Counted from the whole stretch's first letter, positions 23,781-38,055 are shown. The stretch: 63,735 bases of DNA, filler included, from Chiloscyllium plagiosum (GCF_004010195.1; 3 parts of one record of this genome joined end to end with filler, not necessarily neighbours in it); one strand, 5' to 3'. The notes: generated from the sequence alone by a model not told the origin. Numbers and translations: made by a program.

Positions 23781-24107
23781 CTTATATCCAAATGCGCGAA
23801 CAGAGTGGGTTACATCAAGAAAAGAAAATTAGGAATCAATCTGATTGTGCAGTGCAGTTAGACAGGAACAGATAGCCAAGTACATACATTGAAAACAAAG
23901 ATCCTAGTGTCTTGTTTTAGCAGCAACGGGAAGGAGAAATTGAGGGTGAAAATGAGAAGAGGAAGTGGATTCATGTGAACGAATAACAATGAGTCTGAGG
24001 GAGGCTTGAAGAAAGCCAAAGGAGAGCAGAATGCCAACAGCCCTGCTGCAGTGAAACTGAAGAAGGAATGAAACACATTTGAATGCAATTAAGGCTGAAT
24101 CAACCAC

Positions 24108-24138
<31 letters not shown>

Positions 24139-24210
24139 GGAGAGAGACAGAGAGAGAGAGAGAAAGAGGGAGAGACAGAGAGAGAGAGAAAGGGAGAGAG
24201 AGAGAGAGAA
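24108..24210. repeat. (GA)n microsatellite
   Basis: Directly visible. Confidence 0.95.
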
Positions 24211-24644
24211 GAATTGAAGGATATGTTCATAGGGCTGGATGAAGAATGACAGAGATCACATGATGGATAATCACTAGCATGCACCAAATGGCTGAATGAA
24301 CGGTCTCTGTGCTGTAGATTTTGTACAGGGCTGGATTTTCCAATGGGAAGCAGGAACTGAGAGGTGGATTCAGGACCAGGTCCTGACACTCCAACCATCC
24401 CCAGCAGCTCTCCATGTGTTACATGTGCTGATTCTCACACCCCATTATTCACACCGTCACTTTTAATTCAAACAGCAAAATGGCACATCGTTTCGCTTTT
24501 GCACCGCTATCCAGAAACAAAGAGAGCTTCACCAGGCTTTCCAAACAAATCCAAAATAGTCCAGAAGGCAAGGTTTTCATTTCCACATAGACTAGGGGCT
24601 GGGATTGCTGCCAGTTAGGAGCAGAAACAGAAGTGGTCACAGAT

Positions 24645-25090
24645 GCCATGCCTCCACTCTCCCCCCGCTATCCCTCAATCTCCCGCTTCCACCCTTCACA
24701 CTCTCCCCCGCCACCTCCCACTCTCTTCCGCCATCCCCTCACTCTGCCCTGCTATGCATCCACTCAACCACTCATCAGTCCTCCACTCTGCCCCGTTACC
24801 CCTCCACTCACCCCCGTTACCCCTCCACTCTCCCTGTTACCACTCCACTCTCCGCCGTTACCCCTCCACTCACCCAGTTACNNNNNNNNNNNNNNNNNNN
24901 NNNNNNNNNNNNNNNNNNNNNNNNNTTAATTAATTAANNNNNNNNNNNNNNNNNNNNNNNNNNNNNNNNNNNNNNNNNNNNCCCTGTTACCCCTCCACTT
25001 TCCCCACCATGCCCCCCCCTACTCTCTCCCTGCCATCTCCCCACTGTCCCCTTGCCACTCCCCCTACTCTATCACCCTCTCCCTGACACT
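24645..25090. repeat. C-rich 20-21 bp minisatellite (ccccgttacccctccactc) spanning a gap
   Basis: At least five units at 24780-24881, resuming at 24982. Confidence 0.8.
24882..24981. other. Assembly spacer: 44 N + TTAATTAATTAA + 44 N
   Basis: Exactly 100 nt with a six-frame stop linker; identical to 46262-46361. Confidence 0.97.
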
Positions 25091-27379
25091 CTTGCAGGGA
25101 CAGCTAACACAGGGGGCTGCCTGTTTGCCATTCCACTCAATTCCATTCCAACGTGGGGACAGGAGTCCTTCAGGAAAGTGAGTCTCGTTTATTTCAATGT
25201 GATTCCCTGCCCCGAAAGATTGTAATTTACAACAATGATCAGGCTAATCCATTCCGGGATTTGAGATTTTCCCAGACTTAATTCATTTAGAGACCCTTGC
25301 AGCTTGCAGAGGAGGGAGTCAGATTTTCATTCCATTAATCTGATGGATATGAACCTGAAGTTAAAGGACAGTTTGTGAAGCCACTAAACTCCCCATTGCC
25401 TCAAGGGAGTAAATCATTTCAATACATTGAAAAGGTTGACATTCCCAGTGGATTCAATCTGTAAATACAGCCCATTGTGACAAGCAGTGTAATTTTCATT
25501 AAACACATAGATCCTGAGGATGGAAAACAAGAAATAAATACAATCAGTTTTCCAGTTCATGCAGCACACCATTAGCTCCCTTGCCTAAAATTGGTGCTGT
25601 GTGTGAACAATGAAGGAGGTGAACATTAAGCAGTCCCCAGCAACATCATAGAACACAAAGACTGGACGTGCTTCAAGATGCACCCTTAAACTATTCCCTT
25701 TCATGCGCTCAAGGGAAGCTTTCCACTTTATTTTGCAATATGTCACTCTGCCCCACAGAAACATCTGAGGCCAACTCCCATACAATGACCTTCCTGTGAA
25801 GTGTACTGGGGCAAACACAGGGATGGTGGCATCTGTGGAGAGAAAGCGGAGCTCGCATTCTGGGTCCAGTGACCCTTCGTCAGAACAAGCAAAAGAAAGA
25901 CAGAACAGAAGAAGGGTATCTGGACCTGAAACATGAACTCTGCTTTTTCGCCACGGATGCTGCCAGATCTGCTGAGTTTCTCCTGCAATTTCTATTTTTG
26001 TTTAAGATGCAACATTGATTTTGTGTTTAGTTTATTTCTGGGATGGGGCTACCCCTGTCAATGCTGATATTTGTTACTGTTCCCTTGTTGTGCTTGAGAA
26101 GGTGATGAATGGCCTTCTTTCTGAAAGACTGCAATCTGGATGGTTTAGGTACACTCAGCTAGTTTAGTCTCTTGGCTTTAAAGACTGCCCCTGCACTTCA
26201 ATATGATCATGGCTCACCTGGTTGCTCCAGTCCTCCCTGACCTCAATGATCTGTCAACCCCTTGCTTATTAACAATGTATCCATTGGTGTTAGAGCGGCA
26301 GATGGAGTTTCCACATTGGGCACTCCCTCAAAGTCCCTTCATCACCCCATGACGTCATCCCTTCCTACCTTGCCTTGACACCAGGATCTCGGATGCTGCC
26401 TGAATTGCTGTGCTCTTCCAGCACCACTGATCCAGAATCTGGTTTCCAGCATCTGCAGTCATTGTTTTTACCAGGATCTCTACTCCTGGCCAATATCTAT
26501 CTCGCAATTAACACCACTGAAACAGACATCTTAACCCATTGCTGGGTGTGCAAATTTGTCATGTGCAAATTTCTTTCCATCTGCACCCTGTCCACACCCC
26601 TCAGGATTTCATATGCCTCTTCTCAGTGAATATAAGCTTAGACTGTCCAGCCTGTCCTCATAAACCAATCTGCCCATTCCAGGTAACAGTCTAGTAAATG
26701 TCCTTTGAACTGTTTCCAACACATTTACACCTTCCTCACAAAGAGAAGCCAGTGCTGTACACAGTACTCAATGTGACCTCGGCAATTTGCTCAGCTTCCC
26801 TCATGATCGTCATTTTCTTGGCTTCTCCTTCTTTTCCACTTCCTGATTTGTAGCTATTTCTAGGAATTTACTTGTATCCTCCACAGTGAAGACAGATCCA
26901 AAATACCTGTTTAAGTCATCTGCCGTCCCCTTATTTTTCATGAAGTGAAACGAAAGGAAATAAGAAATAAAGACAGAAAGCGCTGGAGAAGTTCAGAAGG
27001 TCTCACAGTAGCTGTAGAGAGAAATCAGACTTAATATTTCAGGTTGAGTGACCCTTCCTCATTCTGAATTCTAAGGAAGGGTCACAGGACCCAAACTCTG
27101 ATTCTTTTCTGAGCAGGAACTGCTCCTCCCTATCTACTCTGTCCAGCCCACTCAAGGATTTGAAAACCTCAATCCAAACTCCTCTCAGCCTCCTTCTCTC
27201 CCACAGGTATGCAGTGTAATCCCAAAGTATTTGGCAGAGATCTCATGGAGTGGCAAAATAGAGTAAATGGCTGAAAGTCATACTTCATTCACCCCTTCCC
27301 CCCGCCACTGCTGTAATGACCAGAGATCAGGAACAATTCCATGGAAAGGATTCTCAAGGTCTTCTTTACAAGATGATAA

Positions 27380-29720
27380 AAAAATAGGAATAGGAGTAGG
27401 CCATTCAGCCCCCTCAAGCCTGCTCCAGCCTGCAATAGGATCATGGCTCAACTGACATTTCTCATTTCCTACCCTTTCCCCACAAACTTGATTTTCCAAA
27501 TGATCAAGAATCCACCTATCTCCACCTCAAATATACATGAGGACTCAGGCCCCACAACTCTCTGTGGCAAGGAGTTCCATAGACTTAGAACCCGCTCAGA
27601 GATGAAATGCTTCCTCATCATTGGAGGCTGATTAGCAAGGATAGATCTCATGGAATACAGGGAGAACTAGCCATTTAGATACAGAACTGGCTCAAAGGTA
27701 GAAGACAGAGGGTGGTGGTGGAGGGTTGTTTCTCAGACTGGAGGCCTGTGACCAGTGGAGTGCCACAAGGATCGGTGCTGGGTCCTCTACTTTTTGTCAT
27801 TTACATAAATGATTTGGATGCGAGCATAAGAGGTACAGTTAGTAAGTTTGCAGATGACACCAAAATTGGAGGTGTAGTGGACAGCGAAGAGGGTTACCTC
27901 AGATTAAAACAGGATCCAAAGAGACCTTGGAGTGCAGGTTCATAGCTCCTTGAAAGTGGAGTCACAGGTAGATAGGATAGTGAAGAAGGCATTTGGTATG
28001 CTTTCCTTTACTGGTCAGAGTATTGAGTACAGGAGTTGGGAAGTCATGTTGCGGCTGTACAGGACATTGGTTAGCCCACTGTTGGAATATTGCATACAAT
28101 TCTGGTCTCCTTCCTATCGGAAAGATGTTGTGAAACTTGAATGGGTTCAGAAAAGATTTACAAGGATGTTGCCAGGGTTGGAGGATTTGAGCTATAGGGA
28201 GAGGTTGAACAGACTGGAGCTCTTTTCCCTGGAGTGTCGGAGGCTGAGGGGTGACCTTATAGAGGTTTATAAAATTATGTGGTGCATGGATAGGATAAAT
28301 AGACAAAGTCTTTTCCGTGGGGTCAGGGAGTCCAGAACTACAAGGCATAGGTTTAGGATGAGAGGGGAAAGATATAAAAGAGACCTAAGGGGCAACATTT
28401 TCACGCAGAGGGTGGTACGTGTATGGAATGAGCTGCCAGAGGATGTGGTGGAGGCTGGTACAATTGCAACATTTAAGAGGCATTTGGATGGGTATATGAA
28501 TAGGAAGGATTTGGAGGGATATGGGCCAGGTACTGCAGGTGGGACTAGATTGGGTTGGGATATCTGGTCGGCATGGACGGGTTGGACCGAAGGGTCTGTT
28601 TCCATGCTGTACATCTCTATGACTCTATAACTCCATGACTCTATCTCAGCCTTTAATTGGTGCCTCTTTGTTTTGAGACTGGGCCCTCTGGCCCTGGACT
28701 GTTCCATAAAGGGAACCATCCTCTCAGCATTGACCATGTCAATCCTCTTAAGAATTCTATATGTTTCAATGAGATCACCTCTCATTCGTCTAGCCTCCAG
28801 TGAATTGAGTCTTAATTTGTTCAACCTTTGCTCAAAAGGCAATCCTGCCAAACCAGAGATCATCCTAGAGAACACTTGCTGAACTGCCTCTGATGAAATT
28901 ATATCTGTCCTGAAAGAAGAGGATTAAAACTGCTCTAGATGTGGTCTCAGCAGCACCTTGTACAGTTGCAGCAAGACCTCCCTACTCTTATACTCCAACC
29001 CCCTTGAAATAAAGGCCCATGTTCCATTCGCCCTTCTTGATGACCTGCTGTACCTGTGTGCTCAGTCCCCGACTTTGGAATACAAGTATCCCCAAGTCCT
29101 TTTGTGTTACAGTTTACTGCAGTTTTTCTACATTTAAATAATAGTCTGCTCTTTTGTTTTACCCCCCGAAGTGAACAACGTCACATTTTCCCATATTATT
29201 CTCCGTTTGATTTTTTTTTGCCCATTTACTTCATCTATTAACTCTCTCTTTAAACTGTTTGTACCCCTCCCGCAATCTGCTTTTCTACCTATTTCAGTGT
29301 AATCTGCAAACTTGACTACAGTAAATTTGCTTCCTTCCATTAACCTATTTTGTAAACCATTAACCATTAACCTATTTTGTAAACAGTTACAGTCCCAGCA
29401 CTGATTCCAATAGAATCCAGGAGCCACAGGTTAACAATCTGAAAAATAACCCTTACACCCACTCGATGCTGCCTTTTCATTAACCATTTCTCTATCCATG
29501 CCAATATCTACCTCCAACACCATGGCCTCTTATCTCATGACTCAATCTTTTGTGAGGTATCTTGTCAAACACCTTACGGAAGTCCAAATTTAACACATCG
29601 AGTGGTTCCCCCTCTTTCCACCTCTGTTTGAGATTTCTTCAAAAAGCTCCAATAAATTAATCAGACATGATTTCCCCTTCATGAAGCCATGCTGACTGTG
29701 TTTGACTCAATTATGATTTT
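27380..29720 (-). mobile_element. Old antisense CR1 (3' UTR to RT), split by a plus-strand CR1
   Basis: Minus ORFs RVLSLWNSLPQ, RRMRGDLIETYRILK and KFADYTEIG; the consensus continues across 27620/28643. Confidence 0.85.
27625..28642 (+). mobile_element. CR1 RT and 3' end with an internal deletion near 27916
   Basis: ORFs 27712 ([14 protein letters not shown]...FADDTK) and 27932 (LYRTLVSPLLEYCIQFWSP); ctctatga tail. Confidence 0.96.
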
Positions 29721-30276
29721 CAAAATGTTCTGCTATAATTTCCCAACGACTGATTCCAATCCTGTTCTTGTCGCTGGTGGCCCTTTGATAATCCTCAACC
29801 TTGCTCTGCAGAACTGTAGCACACGACTGGAACATCTACAAAGTCAATATGTGGACAATCACTGTTCAGTGCACATCAGCTATCAGTTTCAACTGAACTT
29901 TCCTTTCATGTTTCTCAAACAAGGGATATACTGCATTGTGAAGGTAGTCCCTTTTGTACCATGAACATTAATTACTGCAGTCAGCATAAGCCACAATCTT
30001 GACATCCTCTGGCGAATGTTTCTGGACTAATTTAATGAGGGGCCTATTGGAAATGTACTATGATGAAGCTTTTTAATTATCGAATCCAAATTAACAGCCT
30101 AATGCACTCAAATCTTGGCCATGCCGTAACTAAGCTTACAGAAAACAAAGGGGTAAAAGAAATGACAAGCTAATTCTTATTCAAGAAGAAATGTGATAAA
30201 GGACCTGATAGACATGAAGATAATGAAATGAGATGTGCTGAAAAATTAATCTGAACTAACTGTACCAGAGGCGTAA

Positions 30277-31487
30277 GTCACAGAGTCATAGAGATGTACA
30301 GCATGGAAATAGACCCTTCGGTCCAACTCGTACATGCCAACCAAATATCCCAACCTAATCTAGTATACCCTCTAGTTCTGGACTCACTCACCCCAGGGAA
30401 AAGACTTTGTCTATTTATCCTATCCATGCTCCTCATGATTTTATGAACCTCTATGAGGTCACCCCTCAGCTTTCAATGCTCCAGGGAAAACAGCTCCAGC
30501 CTATTCATCCTCTCCCTATAGCTCAAATCCTTCAACCCTGGCAACATCCTTGTAAACCTTTTCTGAACCCTTTCATGTTTCATAACATCCTTCCGTTAGG
30601 AAGGAGACCAGAATTGCATGCAATATTCCAAAAGTGGCTTAACCAATGTACTGTGCAGCCACAACATGACCACCCAACTCCTATACTCAACCCTCTGACC
30701 AATACAGGAAAGCATACCAAATGCCGCCATCACTATCCTATCTACCTGTGACTCTACTTTCAAGGAGCTATGAATCTGGACTCCTAGGACCTTACTATTA
30801 AGTGTATAAGTCCTGCTAAGATTTGCTCTCCGAAAATGCAGCACCTCACATTTACCTAAATTAAATTCCATCTGCCACTTCTCAGCCCATTTGCCCATCT
30901 GATCAAGATCCTGTTGTAATCTGAGGTAACCCTCTTCGCTGTCCACTACACCCCCAATTTTGGTGTCATCTGCAAACTGACTAACTGTACCTCTTATGCT
31001 CGCATCCAAATCATTTATGTAAATGACAAAAAGTAGAGGACCGAGCACCGATCCTTGTGGCACTCCAATGGTCACAGGCCACCAGTCTGAAAAGCAACCA
31101 TCCACCTCCACCCTCTGTATTCTACCTTTGAGCCAGTTCTGTATCTAAGTGGCTAGTTCCCCCAGTATTCCATGAGATCTAGCCTAGCTAACCAATATCC
31201 CATGGGAAACCTTATGGAACATCTTACTGAAGTCCGTATAGATCACATCTACCGCTCTGCCCTCATCAATCCTCTTTGTTACTTCCTCAAAAAACTCAAT
31301 CAAGTTTGTGAGACATGATTTCCCATGCACAAAGCCATGTTGACTGTCCCCAATCAGCCCTTGCCTTTCCAAATACATGTACATTCTGTCCCTCAGGTTT
31401 CCCTCCAACAACGAGCCCACCATTAACATCAGGCTCACCGGTCTATAGTTCCCCAGCTTGTTCTTACCACCTTTCCTAAATAATGGT
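30277..31487 (-). mobile_element. CR1 RT fragment and tail
   Basis: Minus ORFs SQHGFVHGKSCLTNLIEFFE and [13 protein letters not shown]...FADDTK. Confidence 0.96.
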
Positions 31488-31766
31488 CAGCTTACTTTAC
31501 AACCTCCTCCCCAAAACCAAAACTGATGACTTCAATCACACTTCAGGATTTCAAGACAAGACCTTGGCTGTGACTTCCCTACAATAGGTGTTCCTCATTG
31601 TTCCCCTGTCCATGGGAGTGAAGCATTAAATATCACCAGAACTTGAAAGCTTTCTACCATTTAAGGACAAGGACACAGGAACAAAAGTAAAAACAACCAT
31701 CGCTATATTCCCTTCCAGTTACACCCCACTGTGGGATATGGGCATCGCTGACTGGTCAGCACTTAA

Positions 31767-32182
31767 TAGAATCCCTATAGTGTGGAAAAAGGCGATTCAG
31801 CCCATCAAGACCCTCTGAAGAGCATCCTATTCAGACCCACCGTTACCCTATCTCTGCATTTCCCACAGTTAATTAGATGAGATTAGATTCCCTACAGTGT
31901 GGAAACAGGCCCTTCGGCCCAGCAAGTCCACACCAACCATCTGAAGAGTAACCCACCCAGACCCTTTTTCTGCTGACTAATGCACCTAACACAATGGGCA
32001 ATTTAACATGGCCAATCCACCTAAATTGCACATCATCAGAATATGGAAGGAAACCAGAGCACCCGGAGGACACCCACGCAGGCATGGGGACAACATGCAA
32101 ACTCCCCAAAGGCAGTTGCCCGAAGTCAGAATCAAATCAGGGAACCTGGCACTGTGAGGCAGCGGTGCTAACCACTGAGCCC
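31767..32182 (-). mobile_element. Two nested or adjacent HE1-like SINEs
   Basis: Two antisense tails (31767 and 31880) followed by one V-domain and head. Confidence 0.85.
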
Positions 32183-32189
32183 TCATCCG

Positions 32190-32480
32190 CAATTACCCTT
32201 GAGAAGGTGACGGTGAGCTGCCTTCCTGGATCATTGTAGATCGCCTATAACCAGTAGACCCACAATGCCATTTGGAGGGAATTCCAGAATTTTGGCTCAG
32301 AGACACTGAAGGAATGGCAATATATTTCCAAGTTTGAAGGGGAACATGCAGGTGGTGGTGCTCCAATGTATCTGCTGCCCTTGCCTTTCTCGGTGTAAGT
32401 GGCAGCAGGTTTGGAAGGTGTTGGCAAAGGAGCCTTGTGAATTTCTGCAGTCCCATCTTGTGGATGGTAAATACTGCACC
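32190..32480 (-). mobile_element. 3' end of the CR1/L2-group LINE
   Basis: cccttgagaaggtgacggtgagctgccttc...gcaggtttggaagg. Confidence 0.75.
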
Positions 32481-33434
32481 AAAGGCATCACAAAAAGTGG
32501 TGGACAAACATTGCTGAGGAATGTAGGACAGATCACATTTGAGAGCAGTGCTGACGTCCCAGAGGATCATGGAACTGGTGGTGATTACAGTGACAACTTG
32601 AGATTCTGGAGGGATTTGAAAAGTCAGGTGAGAAATTTGAAATAAAGATTTTACTTGACTGGGAGCTAATATAGAGTGGCAAGCTCACAGGCTGATATGG
32701 GAATGGGACTTGCTGTGTACGTCTGTGAAGCACCTTGAGACATTTCGTTGTGTTAAAGACTTCATATTGAGAATACCCTCCATCATGTTGTGAGGCATTA
32801 TCACTGTGCTAAATGGGACACAAATAAATAACAAAAATAGATGGGAAGGAGGTTTTGGAGGGTAAATATCTCTCATGCTCCAAATGTATTTTGACCACAA
32901 TAGATAAAGAGACATTTTTCATTATAAATATGGGAAGACATGATTTCCTGAATTTAACCGGTAAATATTCCGGAGTCTAACCAGTTTTTTGTCGAACAGT
33001 CACCACATGCCGGACAATTTGTATAAAACATTCAGGTGAACGAAACTTAATGACTGATCAAATACAACTTTCCCTTTTGTCCTTGACCCTGCAACACTAC
33101 AAATGGCATTCAATAATAAAAGTTTTGCATCTCCAGTTATTTTCCTCAATATATGGCAGATGGTCAGACTGTATTCTTTCTGGAATTAGTTTCAACAGGG
33201 CTTGTTATTGACAAACTTGCAAATTCCCTTTCAAAGAGAAATGATATTGGCTGCTTGCCTCCAATTCTTCATTTCACAAGCTTATCTATAGAAGAAGTAA
33301 CATTGACTTTTTTATATACACCCTGTTACTGACAGTAATCCCAAAAATTAAACTGAAGCAAAAACCATCCCAATACAGCTCCATTCATACAATCATATAC
33401 TAGACAACAGGCCCTTTGGCCCATCTTTCCTTCA

Positions 33435-33740
33435 ATCAAATACTTTTGAAATGTAGGCACTATTGTAAGGAGTACTCAATTGGCACATCGAAAACTCCCA
33501 CATTTGACAATGTTGTAAACAACCAGATTACCTGTATTTATTTCTGGGTTGAAGGTTAAAGACTGGCCAGTCTGAGACCACATTATCTTATTTTTCAAAC
33601 CCCTTGAACCAGCATCGATTAACATCTTCCCCTAAAGACAGTGCAGCACCCCCTCAGCACAGGCACCAAAGCTTGAGTCAGATGCTCAACCCCAACTCGA
33701 ACTCAGTCACAATTGACTCAATGAATCTAAAGCCTACCTG
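33435..33740 (-). mobile_element. Deu-domain SINE remnant
   Basis: tacttttgaaatgtag...aaactcccaca...accagatta...cagtgcagcaccccctcagcac; a further remnant lies near 34180-34320. Confidence 0.55.
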
Positions 33741-34647
33741 AGGAGGGAACAGTCTCAGAGATAATGCAGGCTTTGTGTTTATTTTCTAACAGTGCATTTT
33801 CCATTACTGCTAATGCAATGTTATTGTGACAACAGTGTAAAAGGATCTGCAGCTGGCTGGATGCCCAGTGTAAAGTTGAAGACAAATATGTAACTAATTC
33901 ACATCTTAGGCTGCAAACAAATTACCCAACTGTAAATAATATTACTTTCCTTGTGCTGTCTTTTTTTTGTGGCTGAAGAAAGTGGCACATGAAAGCAGAC
34001 GAACTTGAAAGCGTTCATCCTCCAGAATAGAATCTGATTGACGTTCAGGACATAGTTAATTGATTATGCAAAGATGACAACAGGACAATAGCCTACACAA
34101 AACATAATCTCATATTCTTAATACTGTTAGGCAGTGGTATATTGAAGGTTGTAATTTTCATTTATGTACTAAATCTATTTTTGTCCTCAAGCCATCCTAA
34201 ACTACATTGGAGTCAACAAAGTACAGTTTGAATTGTAGTCACTTTTGTGATCTCAGAAACATAGCAAGCAATTAGTGCAAACAATTTGTGCACAGCAAGC
34301 TCCCACTAACAGCAGCATTCTGGAGATATAAAATACTGTGAATACTGGAAGCTTGAATTAAAAAGAAATATTCACCTGATCTGGCATCATCAATGGAGAG
34401 AAAGGAAAATAAAGAGTTAACATTTCAAGTCCAATATGATTCCTTTTCAGGGCGCTTGAGGCTCAGTGGTTGTGCCCCAACCTTTGAGCCAGGAGGCCCA
34501 GGTTAAATCCCATCTGTCTCAAAAGTGTGTTAGACCATCTTTGAACAGGTTGATGAAAGGTATCTATGACTCTTCTTCAGGGTTCAGCGGCACTGCCAGG
34601 TAAGCAGTGGCTTCTGCTGATACTGCACTTACCCAAAGCCTGAGGTT

Positions 34648-34985
34648 CACAGAATCCCAACCGTGCTAGAAACAGACCATTTGGCCCAATAAGTCCACAC
34701 CAATTCTCCGAAGAGCATCCCACCCAGATTTACCCCCTCTACCCTATCCCTACAGCTAATCTATCTAAAGCTCACATCCCAGGACACTAATGGTAATTTA
34801 GCATCACCAATCTCGCAAACCTGCATATCTTTGGACTGTAGGAGGAAACCAGAGTACCTGGAAGGCACCCCACACAGACAGGGGGAGAATGTCTGTGTGG
34901 AGTTTGCACAGTCACCCAAGGCTGGAATCGAACCTAGGTGCCTAGTGCTGTAAGGCAGCAGTGCTAACCACTGAGCCACCATGCG
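34648..34985 (-). mobile_element. HE1-like V-SINE
   Basis: Reverse complement of the HE1 consensus. Confidence 0.88.
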
Positions 34986-36577
34986 CAGGTTATCACTGGA
35001 TTCCGGAGCCACAGGTGAGTGACAGCAGGAAGAGTGCTTATTGTTAGGCTGACAGTATCTAAATGGTTATTTATGGTCTGATCAAAATGATTACAAAAAG
35101 ACAGGGCACCTTAATATGAAGCAAATTTATTAGGTTTACTCAGTTAATATTTATTAGAGACATATGCAAACTCACGCATGAACCTATTAGCTTAAGCTCC
35201 ATAATTTATATATCTGTACTAACAAATGGGGGGTGCTCACACTGCCTTCTGTCTGACGGGGACCTTGGTGATGGTGGGATCAGAGTTCTATCTCAGACTC
35301 CACAGCACCAGTCTCACAAACCCCAGCCCAATGGTGAACAGTCCGATGAGTGGGACAAAGTCCCTGATATTGATACCATTCTGAATCTACTGTTGCGTGT
35401 TGAATTCCTGTTTCAGAATAACTTCAGTCCTTTCCCTGCGCTCAAAAAAAAGATGGAAAACACGTCCAGGTGGACCCGTATAGATTGAACAAGTTGATGG
35501 TTCCCACCAACCCTCAAGGTTAGGCTGTTACTCCCCAATCAAAATAGGCTATTTTTGTTGGCTTGTTTTTGATGCACTTTTCCACTTCACTTCAATTGCT
35601 AAAGTCCAGTTAACCCTTAATGATTAACACTTAATGATCTGGTTCTTTAAGGCCAACACTACAGAGCTTTGTGAGATGGGAGACCCAGGTTGGGTGAGGG
35701 GAGTAGCAGGAAAAGTAGGGAAGGTGGTTCTCAGCATGTTCTTTCAATGGTGACTGAGCGCCATTGAATGAGGCACCCCAAGCTCCCAGCATTGCTCCCA
35801 AAATTGGTTTGATCTTTGGGCTCTCCACCTGAGTGACCATCTTGCCCACTGTTTGAACAGTACCAACAATGGCGAATTGTCAGATCAATTGTTGGCATAT
35901 CAGTAAGGCTTCATTGTGACAGACCTAATCAGGAGTTGGGATGGCTTCAGGGACCCAAACTTCCAACTCAAAAAAAAATTACCCTCCCCCTCCCCTGCCA
36001 CCCACTTACCCACTCATCATGAACCTTTTACTCCCAACAACTAAGCCTGGAGTAAAATATTCCGACATTATTCATCAAGCGGAGACCTGTATTGTCTGGT
36101 GTTATTCTAATTCATAACATGAATGGAGGCACCTCTTATTAACATTACAGTCACACAGCCAAAGGCCTTTAGAAAACAAACCACTGCCCCCTCAAATTAT
36201 GATTAGCTTCATTGCACTTCCATTCTGTCAATTTGTTGATTACTTTGCTAACGGTAAGTACTGATGATATCAGCTGGGTTAGCAAGTCAAGGCAACAAAA
36301 TTTACATACATAATTAATGCTGGAGCATTGTTAATTGCTCGCTCCCATCATTGTTAATTCACATCCCTGACACCCTCAGTCTTCAAAACTTGTTGAAACT
36401 GTCCGTCTCAATACCACTCCCTGTGGAAATGTCAATGAAAATAGACAAAATAGAATAAAAATAAGGTCCTGTTTTTTATGTGACATTGTGTTGTCAATTA
36501 TTTTCCTCTTTTACAAATGGCTCAATCTTCATTTTATTTAGTCTTTCATAACTTTACTTCTTCCTGTTAAGGACCTG

Positions 36578-37238
36578 GACAGAGCCATAGAGTCATACGG
36601 CATGGAAATAGGCCCCAACCACTCCATGCGGACCAGAATCACAAACTAAAGTAGTCCCACCTGCCTACTCCTGGCCCACATCCCTCCAAACATTCCTTAT
36701 TCTTGTACTTATCCAAATGTCTTTTAAACATTTTAACTGTACCTGCATCCATCACTTCCTCTGGAAGTTCATTCCACACACGAACCACTCTCTGTGTAAA
36801 AAAGTTGTCCCTCATTTCTTTTTCATATCTCTCTCCTCTCACCTTAATAATGTGCCTTCTGGTCTTGAATCCCTTACCCTGGGGAAAAGACACCCACCAT
36901 TCACCTTATCTATACCCCTCATTATTTTATAAACCTCTAGAAGGTCACCTCTCAACCTTCTATGCTCCACTGAAAGAAGTCCCAGCCTATCCAGCCTCTC
37001 CTTATAACTCAAACCTTCCATTCCCGGCAACATCCTGGTAAATCTTTGCCGAGTCCTCTCCAGTTTAATAATATTCTTCCTTTAACTGGATGACCAGAAC
37101 TAGACAGAGGGTGACCAGAACTGGACAGAGGGTGACCAGAACTAGAGAGAGGACAACCAGGACTGGACAGAGGGCAACCAGAACTGGACACTGTATTCCA
37201 GAAGAGGGTTCACCAATGTTGTGTACAACCTAACCATA
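36578..37238 (-). mobile_element. CR1 3' fragment containing an internal 21-bp tandem repeat
   Basis: Minus ORFs FFTQRVVRVWNELPEE and RRLRGDLLEVYKIMRG. Confidence 0.93.
37092..37190. repeat. 21-bp minisatellite (gaccagaactggacagagggt), about 4.7 copies
   Basis: Units start at 37092, 37113, 37134, 37155 and 37176. Confidence 0.9.
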
Positions 37239-37482
37239 CCCAAAATGACCAATTCTCACATCAAAGCCTGGGATAGCTCTTTCCACAATCTGTGCTAAGC
37301 CAAAAGGGCCCCTTGTGGGACAGTGATCAAATCCCAAACTCCTAACTGGAAATTCCGGATTCAAATCCCACCTGTCCCTGGAGATGGGTCAGAAGATGTC
37401 TGAACGTGATTTGAAAGTCAGTGTATGGTGCCACCATGGCAAAGTTAGATGAGATGGTGTTGTCATATTATTGTCACTATTA

Positions 37483-38055
37483 TAGAGTCAAAGAGTCATA
37501 GAGATAAATACAGCACGGAAACAGACCCTTCCATTCAACTCGTCCATACTGACCAGATATCCTAACCAAATCTAGTCCCATTTGCCAGCAATTGACCCAT
37601 ATACCTCTAAACCCTTCCTATTCAAATACCCATAAGATGCCTTTTAAATTGTACCAGCCTCTGGCAGCTCATTCCATACACCCTTTATGGAAAAAGTTTC
37701 CTCTTTGGTCCCTTTTATATCTTTCCCCTCTCACTCTGAACCTATGCCCTCTAGTTCTGGACTCTCCCACACTGTTTATCCTATCCATGCTCCTCATGAT
37801 TTTATAAACCTCTATAAGGTCACCACTCAGCCTCCAACACTCCAGGGAAAACCACCCCAGCCTATTCAACCTCTCCCTATAGCTCATATCCTCCAATCCT
37901 AGCAACATTATTGTAATACTTTTCTGAACCTTTCAAGTTTCACAACATCCTTCCGATAGAGAGGAGACCAGAATTACACACAATATTCCAAAAGTGGCCT
38001 AACCAATGTCCTGTACAGCCACAACATGACCTCCCAATGCCTATACTCACTGACT
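37483..38055 (-). mobile_element. CR1 3' fragment
   Basis: Minus ORF SYRERLNRLG...GDLIEVYKIM. Confidence 0.92.

Noticed and set aside
24926..24937. TTAATTAATTAA palindrome between N runs (also 46306-46317)
   Set aside because: Centred in exactly 44+12+44 nt twice; a six-frame-stop scaffolding linker, not biology.
24328..25473. Possible terminal inverted repeats gggctggattt / aaatacagccc of a DNA transposon
   Set aside because: Only 10 of 11 bases match, there is no TSD or transposase remnant, and it spans an assembly join.
37092..37190. Regularly spaced repeats considered as CRISPR-like
   Set aside because: Head-to-tail units with no unique spacers, in a eukaryotic LINE context.
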